From: Candidatus Nanopusillus sp.
Lineage (GTDB): Archaea > Nanobdellota > Nanobdellia > Nanobdellales > Nanobdellaceae
Direction: 5' to 3'
Assembly: GCA_028276785.1 (NCBI GenBank)
Contig: JAPYVP010000003.1
Location: forward strand, 21,054-53,053
DNA length: 32,000 bases
Position numbers and translations under genes: made by a program. Positions 1 through 7,193 of the stretch are shown here, one piece after another. The notes under the pieces are model-generated. The model saw nothing but the letters and a program-made list of their open reading frames with translations, did not search any database and had not been told where the DNA came from. Positions within the stretch are counted from its first letter, which is position 1, and each line of letters opens with the position of its first letter.

Positions 1-602
1 AGATCATATACTGATAAAAAGGGAAGATCTTTATTTTCCATATTTTTTAATTTATTTAAAAATAAATCATATATTTCATTAAAATTATCATTAACAATTT
101 TTTCTATTTCAATTCTCAATTTATCATATTCTTCAAATATATTAAAGAATTTTTTAGTATAATAATCTACTACAAATATTGGCTTTTCAAATGAATATAA
201 TATTATTGCATCACACGTTTCTTTTCCAATTCCCTTTATTTTTAATAATTCCCCCCTCATTTTACTTATTTCTAATTTAGAAAAATTATCAATATTTCCA
301 TAATTTTCTAATATATAATTAGATAAAGATTTTAATGTTTCTAGTTTTCTTAATCTAAATGGAACTTTTATATCATTAATAGACAAATTATTTATATTTT
401 CTAATTTAAAGATAAAATTTTTTGATTTTAAATATTCTATATTTTTCTCTACTAAATTCCATTTTGTATTTTGTGTCAATATAGCCCCCATAATTACTTC
501 TACCCTCCAATCCCCTTCATTTTTATTATGATAATTTATATCTACGGGCCACCAAATTTGGAAATTCGTTTCTTTAATTAAATTTATAATGGATTCGTAC
601 AT
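1..602 (-). CDS. HhH-GPD / endonuclease III-related DNA glycosylase family protein (partial; C-terminus runs off the left edge)
   Basis: My own minus-strand translation from the ATG at 602..600 stays open to position 1. It is absent from the supplied track because no stop lies in the window. Sequence: MYESIINLIKETNFQIWWPVDINYHNKNEGDWRVEVIMGAILTQNTKWNLVEKN...MRGELLKIKGIGKETCDAIILYSFEKPIFVVDYYTKKFF... 'GAILTQNTKW' plus the helix-hairpin-helix 'IKGIGKETCDAI' followed by 'VVDYY' are typical of EndoIII-related (COG2231-like) proteins. Confidence 0.7.
   Translation of the reverse strand, partial: MYESIINLIKETNFQIWWPVDINYHNKNEGDWRVEVIMGAILTQNTKWNLVEKNIEYLKSKNFIFKLENINNLSINDIKVPFRLRKLETLKSLSNYILENYGNIDNFSKLEISKMRGELLKIKGIGKETCDAIILYSFEKPIFVVDYYTKKFFNIFEEYDKLRIEIEKIVNDNFNEIYDLFLNKLKNMENKDLPFLSVYD
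583..590 (+). promoter_or_regulatory. TATA-box-like element for dcd (implies a leaderless mRNA)
   Basis: TTTATAAT is centred about 25-26 nt upstream of the dcd ATG (612). It lies inside the 5' coding end of the divergent glycosylase gene. Confidence 0.4.
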
Positions 603-611
603 AGATGTATA

Positions 612-1229
612 ATGATATTAGTAGATAAAAAAATTAAAGAATATATAAGGAATGGAAAAATAAAGGTTGAGCCATTCGATGAGAATATGATAGGTCCAGC
701 ATCATTGGATATAAGATTAGGACATAAGTTTAGAGTATTTAAAACATTAGAAAAAGAAGTTATAGATGTAAAAGATTATTATGATGATGTATATACAAGG
801 GTGGAGACTAAAGAATATATAATACATATAGGAAAATATTCAGATCTATATATATTAAAAAATGATAATGTTCCAATAATAATTCATCCAGGGGAATTTA
901 TTTTAGCATCAGTATATGAATATATAGAATTGCCAGATAATATTGTAGGACAAATACATGGTAGATCTTCAATTGGGAGACTTGGTTTAATAGTGCATAC
1001 TTCTGCCGGTTATATTGATCCTGGATATAGGGGATATTTAACATTAGAAATTATTAATGTAAATAGAGTTCCAATTAAGATATATCCAAAAACAAAGATT
1101 GCTCAAATCGTTTTTATTGAAACAGAATCTTCAGAGGTACCATATGATAAAAGAAAAGGATCTAAATATTTAAATGAAGAAGGTGCTACAGGATCTTTAA
1201 TATCAAAAGACTTTAATAATAATTTTTAA
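612..1229 (+). CDS. dcd: dCTP deaminase (possibly the bifunctional dCTP deaminase/dUTPase type)
   Basis: MILVDKKIKEYIRNGKIKVEPFD..IGPASLDIRLG..FRVF, HPGEFILASVYEYIELPDNIVGQIHGRSSIGRLGL and GYIDPGYRGYLTLEI match the conserved Dcd blocks over the full length. Confidence 0.9.
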   Translation: MILVDKKIKEYIRNGKIKVEPFDENMIGPASLDIRLGHKFRVFKTLEKEVIDVKDYYDDVYTRVETKEYIIHIGKYSDLYILKNDNVPIIIHPGEFILASVYEYIELPDNIVGQIHGRSSIGRLGLIVHTSAGYIDPGYRGYLTLEIINVNRVPIKIYPKTKIAQIVFIETESSEVPYDKRKGSKYLNEEGATGSLISKDFNNNF

Positions 1230-1253
1230 ATATTTTTTATAAGTTATGAAAAA

Positions 1254-1619
1254 ATGGTAAAAAGGACCGGACCTACTAATATTTATCTAAGAAAGTTAAT
1301 AATTTTGTTAAAAAAGGAAGGAAAGAAAAATAATAGTAAGCTTTGGTTATATGTGGCGGAGCTTTTAAGTAGACCAACAAGAAAAAGAGTTGAAGTAAAT
1401 TTATCTAAACTAGATAAATATACAAAGGATGGAGATACTGTTATAATTCCCGGAAAATTACTTGGTTATGGTATGGTAAATAAGAAAATCACGGTTGCTG
1501 CATGGAGATATTCATTAAATGCAAAAGAAAAGTTGGAAAAATCTGGTATTAAAATATTGACAATAGAGGATCTATTAAGGGCAAATCCAAAAGGTTCAAA
1601 TATAAAAATAATAATATGA
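1254..1619 (+). CDS. rpl18e: 50S ribosomal protein L18e (eL18)
   Basis: MVKRTGPTN..YLRKLI..L, LSRPTRKRVEVNLSKL and VIIPGKLLGYG match L18e. It has an ATGA overlap with the next gene, and the conserved archaeal order L18e-L13-S9 is kept. Confidence 0.85.
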   Translation: MVKRTGPTNIYLRKLIILLKKEGKKNNSKLWLYVAELLSRPTRKRVEVNLSKLDKYTKDGDTVIIPGKLLGYGMVNKKITVAAWRYSLNAKEKLEKSGIKILTIEDLLRANPKGSNIKIII

Positions 1620-2062
1620 TAGCAATAGGAAGAAAATATATAGATGCAACAGATTCTGTTTTGGGAAGATTTGCATCAAAAGTTGCTAAATATTTATTAG
1701 AAGGATATGAAGTATATATATTTAATGCTGAGAAGGTTGTTTTGGTTGGAAAATGGAATAACCTGGTTAAACATTGGAATCATAAAGTAAATGAAAGGGG
1801 AGATTGGATAAAGGGTCCATTTTATCCAAAAAGGCCAGATAAAATATTAAGAAGGGTAATATGGGGAATGTTACCAAGAAATTATAGAGGAAGACAAGCT
1901 TTAAAAAGAGTAAAAGTATTCTTGGGATTACCAGAAGAATTTAAAGATGTAAAATTGGAAAAGATAGAAGATTCATTAATTCAGAATAGATTAAAGATTG
2001 GGACAATAAGAGAATATCATTACTTAGGGGATATATCAAGGCAAATTGGTGGAAAATTTTAA
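1616..2062 (+). CDS. rpl13: 50S ribosomal protein L13 (uL13)
   Basis: IDATDSVLGRFASKVAKYLLEGYEVYIFNAEKVVLVGK matches the uL13 N-terminal signature (IDA..LGRLAS.VAK.LL.G..V...NAE). Synteny supports the call. Confidence 0.9.
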   Translation: MIAIGRKYIDATDSVLGRFASKVAKYLLEGYEVYIFNAEKVVLVGKWNNLVKHWNHKVNERGDWIKGPFYPKRPDKILRRVIWGMLPRNYRGRQALKRVKVFLGLPEEFKDVKLEKIEDSLIQNRLKIGTIREYHYLGDISRQIGGKF

Positions 2063-2088
2063 AAATTTAGTATATAAATCTATATAAC

Positions 2089-2487
2089 ATGACAATAATA
2101 GTTACGGCAAAAAGAAAAACAGCAATTGCAAGAGCATATATAAAGGAAGGTAATGGTAAAGTTACAATAAATTCTATTCCATTACAAGTATATGAACCAT
2201 TTTTAGCAAGATTAAGAATAAGTGAACCATTAATATTGGCTGGAGAAGATTATATTTCGAAAGTAAATATAAAGATTAAAGTAAAAGGTGGTGGTTATAT
2301 GGGAAAAGCTGAAGCAGCTAGGATAGCTATTGCAAAAGGTCTGGTAAAATACTTTGATGATGATAAATTGAAATTATTATATTTACAATATGATCCATAT
2401 ATGTTAAAATCAGATCCAAGGAGAAAAGAACAAAGAAAATCTCCTACTTCAAAAGCAAGAAAACACTATACAACAGCTTATAGATAA
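2089..2487 (+). CDS. rps9: 30S ribosomal protein S9 (uS9)
   Basis: GKRKTAIARAY-like start (AKRKTAIARAYIKEGNGKVTIN), KVKGGGYMGKAEAARIAIAKGLV, and a basic C-terminal tail ending in YR. Synteny with L13 supports the call. Confidence 0.9.
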   Translation: MTIIVTAKRKTAIARAYIKEGNGKVTINSIPLQVYEPFLARLRISEPLILAGEDYISKVNIKIKVKGGGYMGKAEAARIAIAKGLVKYFDDDKLKLLYLQYDPYMLKSDPRRKEQRKSPTSKARKHYTTAYR

Positions 2488-2489
2488 AT

Positions 2490-2819
2490 TTATTCAACTT
2501 TTTCTACCTCTATTTTGTTTTGAGTTTCTATATTGGGTGTTTCTTTACTACTTTTTTCTTCTTTTTCTGTTGAAGATTTTACAGAATATACAGCTTTTGA
2601 TATTATCCAAATTTGCCCCATTGCTTTAATTAATTGGTGTGGAACAATCAATCCTTTAATTCCTCTTCTAGATAAATCAGGATCTAATACTTTTATTTTC
2701 CATCCATATATTTTATTATCACTTATTATTGCATCTTCAACCTCTCCCAAGAAGTATCCATCCTCTGTGTATACCTTTGATCTTGTGGTTTCAGATATCT
2801 TTCTAACATTCAATGCCAT
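2490..2819 (-). CDS. PRC-barrel domain protein with a charged disordered C-terminal tail
   Basis: The pattern VYTEDGYFLGEVEDAIISDNKIYGWKIKV...GLIVPHQLIKAMGQIWIISK resembles archaeal PRC-barrel proteins (G..lG.V.D..id....i..l.v). The tail is STEKEEKSSKETPNIETQNKIEVEKVE. I prefer it over the opposite-strand ORF 2533..2826, whose product looks like antisense junk. Confidence 0.55.
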   Translation of the reverse strand: MALNVRKISETTRSKVYTEDGYFLGEVEDAIISDNKIYGWKIKVLDPDLSRRGIKGLIVPHQLIKAMGQIWIISKAVYSVKSSTEKEEKSSKETPNIETQNKIEVEKVE

Positions 2820-2867
2820 AAAATAAAATAAATATATTGAATAATTTAAATTTTTTCATAATTTAGG

Positions 2868-2874
2868 TTTAAAA
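2868..2874 (+). promoter_or_regulatory. TATA-box-like element for cdc48
   Basis: TTTAAAA is centred 26 nt upstream of the ATG at 2897. Confidence 0.35.
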
Positions 2875-2896
2875 GGTGAAATGATATTATGGAATT

Positions 2897-5281
2897 ATGG
2901 CATCTGAAGATAATCAAAATAACCGAAAAGAATTAAAATTAAAAGTTGCAGAAGCGATTCAAAACGATTTATATAGAGGAATTGTTAGAATTGATGCTGA
3001 AGCTATGAAAGAACTTGGAATAAGAATTGGGGATATTGTTGAAATTGAAGGAAAGAAAAAAACAGTTGCAATTGCCCAATTATTGCCTCCACAGGATTAT
3101 GGTCTTGGAATAATCAGAATGGATGGTATTATAAGAAAAAATGCAAATGCTACATTGGGTGGATATGTTACTGTAAGGAAAGCAATTGTAAAAGAAGCAC
3201 AGAAAGTTGTATTAGCTCCAGCAGCAAAGGGGGTTATATACCAATTTAATACTAGTTATATAAATTATATAAGGAGATTATTAGAAGGAAGACCAGTTGT
3301 AAAAGGAGATAATATTGTTATATTTACTGGATATAGAAGGAAGTTTGATTTATTGGATGAAGAATTTGGATTTTCAATATTTTCAGATCTTTTTCCCGCT
3401 TTGGGATTTTCAAATGAGCTTAGGTTTAATGTTGTAAATGTAGTTCCAAAGGGTGCAGTAGTTATAACTGAAAATACAGAAATAGAAATATTACCACATG
3501 CTGTAGAAACAAAAGGAGAAATACCAGAAGTTACTTATGAAGACATAGGTGATATGGAAGAAGTTGTGCAAAAGGTTAGAGAACTTGTAGAATTACCATT
3601 AAAATATCCAGAATTGTTTGAAAAACTTGGTATTGAACCCCCAAAGGGTATATTATTATACGGTCCCCCCGGTACAGGTAAAACATTACTAGCAAAAGCA
3701 GTTGCAAATGAAAGTGGGGCATATTTTATTGCAATAAATGGTCCTGAAATAGTATCAAAATATGTTGGAGAATCTGAAAAAAGATTAAGAGATATATTTG
3801 AAGAGGCAAATAAGAATGCGCCTTCAATAATATTTATAGATGAAATTGACGCAATAGTTCCAAAGAGAGATGAAGCAATTGGGGAAGTTGAAAGAAGATT
3901 AGTAGCTCAATTATTAACATTGATGGATGGGTTAAAGTCAAGAGGTAAAGTAATTGTAATTGCAGCAACAAATAGACCAGAGGCTATAGATCCTGCATTG
4001 AGAAGACCGGGAAGATTTGATAGAGAAATAGAAGTTCCAGTACCAAACGAACAAGGTAGATATCAAATATTAAAGGTGCATACAAGAAACGTTCCATTGG
4101 GTAAAAAGGAAGGTGATAAATATGTATTATTATCTGAGGAAGAAAAAGACAAATTAATTAAAAAACTAGCTTCAATTACGTATGGTTATGTAGGTGCAGA
4201 TCTTGCTGCTTTAGTAAAAGAAGCCGCAATGAATGTTATAAGAAGAATATTGCCAGAAATTGAAAGGTATGAAGGTAAGATACCGCAAGAAATTTTAGAT
4301 CAGATGGTTGTTACTGAAGAAGATTTTATGAATGCATTAAAAGTTGTACCTCCATCTGCAATGAGGGAAGTATTAGTAGAAGTACCAAAAGTAAGATGGG
4401 AAGATGTTGGTGGATTAGATGGAGTAAAATTAGAATTAAAAGAAGCTGTTGAATGGCCAATAAAAAATAAGAAAATATATGAAAAACTTGGTATAGAACC
4501 ACCAAAGGGTATATTATTATACGGTCCCCCCGGTACAGGTAAAACATTACTAGCAAAAGCAGTTGCAACAGAAATAGGAGCAAACTTTATTGCAATAAAA
4601 GGTCCTGAAATATTTAGTAAATGGTTTGGGGAAAGTGAAAAAATGATTAGAGAAATATTTAGGAAAGCGAAACAAGTAGCCCCCGCAGTAATATTCTTTG
4701 ATGAAATTGATGCAATAGCACCAAGAAGGGGTTCTAGTGTAGGTACAAATGTTTATGATAGTATTGTGAACCAATTGTTAGCAGAGATGGATGGTATAAC
4801 TACTAGAGGAGATGTAATTGTAATTGCAGCAACAAATAGGCCAGATATAATCGATCCAGCATTATTAAGACCAGGAAGATTTGATAGAATAATATATATA
4901 CCACCTCCAGATTATAAGGCAAGGTTAGAAATATTAAAAATAAAGACAAGAAATATGCCATTAGCTCCAGATGTTAATTTAGAAGAAATTGCAAGAATTA
5001 CAGAAGGATATAGCGGTGCTGATTTAGAATTACTTGTAAAAGAAGCTGCAATAAATAGAATAAGATTACTATATGAATCAAAAAGAAAACAAGGATTAAA
5101 AGAAGAGGAAGCACTAAAAGAATTAGAAAAAGAAGATATAAAAATTACTATGAGTGATTTTAAGTCTGCATTAGAAAAAGTAAAACCATCAATAACAAAA
5201 GAAATGGAGAATTATTACAAAGTGTTTGCAGAAACATTTAGAAAAGGAATGATAGGAAAGGATAACAAGTATTATGGATAA
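2897..5281 (+). CDS. cdc48: Cdc48/VCP-like double AAA+ ATPase
   Basis: N-domain ([42 protein letters not shown]). Two AAA modules each carry Walker A GPPGTGKT, Walker [10 protein letters not shown] / VIFFDEIDA, and [18 protein letters not shown]. Confidence 0.95.
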   Translation: MASEDNQNNRKELKLKVAEAIQNDLYRGIVRIDAEAMKELGIRIGDIVEIEGKKKTVAIAQLLPPQDYGLGIIRMDGIIRKNANATLGGYVTVRKAIVKEAQKVVLAPAAKGVIYQFNTSYINYIRRLLEGRPVVKGDNIVIFTGYRRKFDLLDEEFGFSIFSDLFPALGFSNELRFNVVNVVPKGAVVITENTEIEILPHAVETKGEIPEVTYEDIGDMEEVVQKVRELVELPLKYPELFEKLGIEPPKGILLYGPPGTGKTLLAKAVANESGAYFIAINGPEIVSKYVGESEKRLRDIFEEANKNAPSIIFIDEIDAIVPKRDEAIGEVERRLVAQLLTLMDGLKSRGKVIVIAATNRPEAIDPALRRPGRFDREIEVPVPNEQGRYQILKVHTRNVPLGKKEGDKYVLLSEEEKDKLIKKLASITYGYVGADLAALVKEAAMNVIRRILPEIERYEGKIPQEILDQMVVTEEDFMNALKVVPPSAMREVLVEVPKVRWEDVGGLDGVKLELKEAVEWPIKNKKIYEKLGIEPPKGILLYGPPGTGKTLLAKAVATEIGANFIAIKGPEIFSKWFGESEKMIREIFRKAKQVAPAVIFFDEIDAIAPRRGSSVGTNVYDSIVNQLLAEMDGITTRGDVIVIAATNRPDIIDPALLRPGRFDRIIYIPPPDYKARLEILKIKTRNMPLAPDVNLEEIARITEGYSGADLELLVKEAAINRIRLLYESKRKQGLKEEEALKELEKEDIKITMSDFKSALEKVKPSITKEMENYYKVFAETFRKGMIGKDNKYYG
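3620..3707 (+). repeat. Intragenic direct repeat copy 1 (cdc48 D1 Walker A region)
   Basis: 88 nt aligned with 4481..4568 at a fixed offset of 861 nt. I counted 2 mismatches, and 3641..3707 is identical to 4502..4568 (67 nt). Confidence 0.85.
4481..4568 (+). repeat. Intragenic direct repeat copy 2 (cdc48 D2 Walker A region)
   Basis: This is the partner of 3620..3707. Both copies encode [29 protein letters not shown]. Confidence 0.85.
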
Positions 5282-5996
5282 TTTTTCAAGGTATATTTCT
5301 CAAATAAAATTTTTTGGATTTGAAAAAAACAAAAGAATACAAGAAACATCCGTTGCGATTATTGGTCTGGGTGGTTTAGGTTCTTGGCTATCAGAATTTT
5401 TAGTGAGAATTGGTGTAAAAAATTTGGCAATTGTAGATTTTGATATTGTAGAAGAAAAAAATCTAAATAGGCAGAATTTTACAATTAGTGATATTGGTAA
5501 ATTAAAGATAGATTCTATTGAAAAGAGATTAAAAGAAATAGATAATAATGTAAATATAGAGAAATATAGAGAAATAAATAATAAAATATTTAACAGAGAT
5601 ATAATATTTGATTGTACTGACAACATTAAATCAAAATATTTAATAAACGAGTTATCTGTATATTACAATAAACCATATATATTTGCTTCAGTTGTTATGG
5701 ATCAAGGATTTGTTGGTTTAATAAATCCTAAGCAATTTTGTTTGTATGATATATATAAAGGTAAGGAAAATGTGTTAACATGTGATATTACTGGTGTAAA
5801 CTTTTCATCAGTAATCTTTGCGGTTTCTTTAATGTTAAAATTATTTATAAATTATGTATTTGGAAATAGAGATGGAATATTATATCATTTTAATATAAGA
5901 GATAAATTCTATTTAGAAGAGATAAAAGTTAAAAGCGATAACTGCAAAATATGTAAAAGAAAAGAATTTGAATTAATATGGAACTATATGAAATAA
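5274..5996 (+). CDS. ThiF/MoeB/UbaA-family E1-like adenylyltransferase (no rhodanese domain)
   Basis: RYISQI..FG...RIQETSVAIIGLGGLGSWLSEFLVRIGVKNLAIVDFDIVEEKNLNRQ matches the E1-like nucleotide-binding signature. The catalytic-Cys region LTCDITGVNFSSVIFAVSLML and one C-terminal CKIC are present. The start overlaps the cdc48 stop by 8 nt (ATGGATAA). Confidence 0.8.
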   Translation: MDNFSRYISQIKFFGFEKNKRIQETSVAIIGLGGLGSWLSEFLVRIGVKNLAIVDFDIVEEKNLNRQNFTISDIGKLKIDSIEKRLKEIDNNVNIEKYREINNKIFNRDIIFDCTDNIKSKYLINELSVYYNKPYIFASVVMDQGFVGLINPKQFCLYDIYKGKENVLTCDITGVNFSSVIFAVSLMLKLFINYVFGNRDGILYHFNIRDKFYLEEIKVKSDNCKICKRKEFELIWNYMK

Positions 5997-6811
5997 TAAA
6001 TGAGATAAAAAATAAGAAAGAATTGAGAAATATATCTGATAGAGTAGTTGAAAATATATTGAAAAGAGAATTAAGAAAAAGACAACATCTATATGAAAGA
6101 TTATCTTTAATAAAAAATATAAAGCAATTGAAAAATGATGAAGAATTTTATTTATTGTTTAAAGAAGTAAGGAGAATTTTACATGAATTATATGGTCTAT
6201 ATACTCCAAAAGAAGATAAAGAAATAGATAGGATATTGTTTAATAATGAAATGACATTGGAACAAAAAATAATAGAACTATTAATGTTAACAAGGTCTAC
6301 TGCTGAAAGAATAAATTTCTATAAAGAAATATACAAGAATATATTTATTGAAAAACCTTTGGAAATATTAGATTTAGCATCGGGATTGAATCCAATATCA
6401 ATTTATTTCTCAGATCAAAAACCCAAAAAATATTATTATGTAGATATATCTGAAAAAATATTAGATATAAATTATCAAATATTAAAAGAATTAAATATTG
6501 AAAATGAAGGATGGTTAATTGATTTATTGGATCCAGATGATAGAATATTCAGACATTATCAATATATATTCTTTTGGAAGATATTTCCAATATTGGAAAA
6601 ATATGATTTTTATGCACCAAGAAATTTATTATCTAAGCTAGATTTTGATTATTTGATAATATCTTTTCCTCAAAAAAGCATTGGAAAAAAGAGAAATCTT
6701 GGTTTAGCTTGGAGATATAAAATTAAGAGATTTGTAACATATAAATTAAAATATAAAGTAATTAAAGAATTCGACATTCCATATGAATATTTTATTATTG
6801 TGGGGAAATAA
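5978..6811 (+). CDS. Arm/Rmt (FmrO)-family 16S rRNA (guanine-N7) methyltransferase-like protein
   Basis: Block-by-block resemblance to RmtB/ArmA as I recall them: LTRSTAERINFYKEIYKNIF (vs LHASTKERL....LYDFIF), ILDLASGLNPISIY (vs VLDIACGLNPLALY), FWKIFPILEK (vs FKLLPLLER), and IISFPQKSIGKKRNLG (vs AVSFPTRSLGGRGKGM). It overlaps the upstream E1-like gene by 19 nt. Confidence 0.65.
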   Translation: MELYEIINEIKNKKELRNISDRVVENILKRELRKRQHLYERLSLIKNIKQLKNDEEFYLLFKEVRRILHELYGLYTPKEDKEIDRILFNNEMTLEQKIIELLMLTRSTAERINFYKEIYKNIFIEKPLEILDLASGLNPISIYFSDQKPKKYYYVDISEKILDINYQILKELNIENEGWLIDLLDPDDRIFRHYQYIFFWKIFPILEKYDFYAPRNLLSKLDFDYLIISFPQKSIGKKRNLGLAWRYKIKRFVTYKLKYKVIKEFDIPYEYFIIVGK

Positions 6812-7142
6812 TATTTTTCAATTTTAGTAAATCTTCTTTATTATATTTTTTTAATTTATTATTTGAAAATATCCATAATTCAATATCAACATTATTAGAA
6901 TCTTTATATTTTTCTGCTAAATGATATAATTCATATAAATCAATATAATTAATGTTATTTATATCGATATCTCTTTTATTCTTTTTAACTTGAATTAACC
7001 TTACTTTTCCTTCTTTATTTATTGCAATTATATCTATAGCAGAATGGGAACCAGGAGTTCTCCATGCATCATATCCTTCTTTTTCTAGCATCTTTTTTAC
7101 TTTTTGCTCATAATAATAACCAATTTTATATTTACTTCCCAT
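6795..7142 (-). CDS. hjc: Holliday junction resolvase Hjc-like PD-(D/E)xK nuclease
   Basis: YYYEQKVKKMLEKEGYDAWRTPGSHSAIDIIAINKEGKVRLIQVKKNK aligns with Pyrococcus Hjc ([32 protein letters not shown]......LCIEVKVTK). E12 and the D of AIDIIA are kept, and the ExK is QVK here. Confidence 0.65.
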   Translation of the reverse strand: MGSKYKIGYYYEQKVKKMLEKEGYDAWRTPGSHSAIDIIAINKEGKVRLIQVKKNKRDIDINNINYIDLYELYHLAEKYKDSNNVDIELWIFSNNKLKKYNKEDLLKLKNIISPQ

Positions 7143-7160
7143 TTCAAATATAGAAATTTA

Positions 7161-7179
7161 AACAATTAAAAATATTGTT
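7161..7179. promoter_or_regulatory. Palindromic A/T element in the hjc / polC divergent spacer (candidate bidirectional TATA)
   Basis: AACAAT-TAAAAAT-ATTGTT has 6-nt perfect inverted arms around an A/T core. The centre at ~7170 lies 28 nt from the hjc-like ATG (7142) and 24 nt from the polC ATG (7194). Confidence 0.4.
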
Positions 7180-7193
7180 TTAAATATATTTCT

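Noticed and set aside
2533-2826. Plus-strand 97-aa ORF overlapping the PRC-barrel gene.
   Set aside because: The product (MGVSLLLFSSFSVEDF...) is hydrophobic and low-complexity without motifs. The minus-strand product has a domain-like pattern and normal composition.
2876-2880. GGTGA Shine-Dalgarno-like sequence upstream of cdc48.
   Set aside because: It lies 17-21 nt before the ATG at 2897, which is too far. The nearer ATG at 2881 is out of frame with the gene. A TATA-like box at -26 fits a leaderless transcript better.
4326-4774. Minus-strand ORFs 4326..4583 and 4550..4774 inside cdc48, and similar antisense ORFs at 5300..5626, 7964..8230, 9151..9378, 11849..12397, 12966..13349, 14658..15020, 17431..17643, 19523..19756, 21233..21445, 21456..21674, 22698..22886, 23700..23990, 25923..26180, 27883..28080, 28365..28658 and 31411..31626.
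   Set aside because: All are fully nested in, or antisense to, well-supported genes. They encode Leu/Phe/Ile/Ser-rich junk-like peptides and leave no independent promoter space.
5274-6811. E1-like plus methyltransferase pair as a microcin C-like (MccB/MccD) peptide-adenylate cassette.
   Set aside because: The E1-like protein lacks the N-terminal peptide-clamp domain of MccB. No tiny precursor ORF is evident. The methyltransferase matches the Rmt/Arm rRNA methyltransferase blocks rather than MccD.
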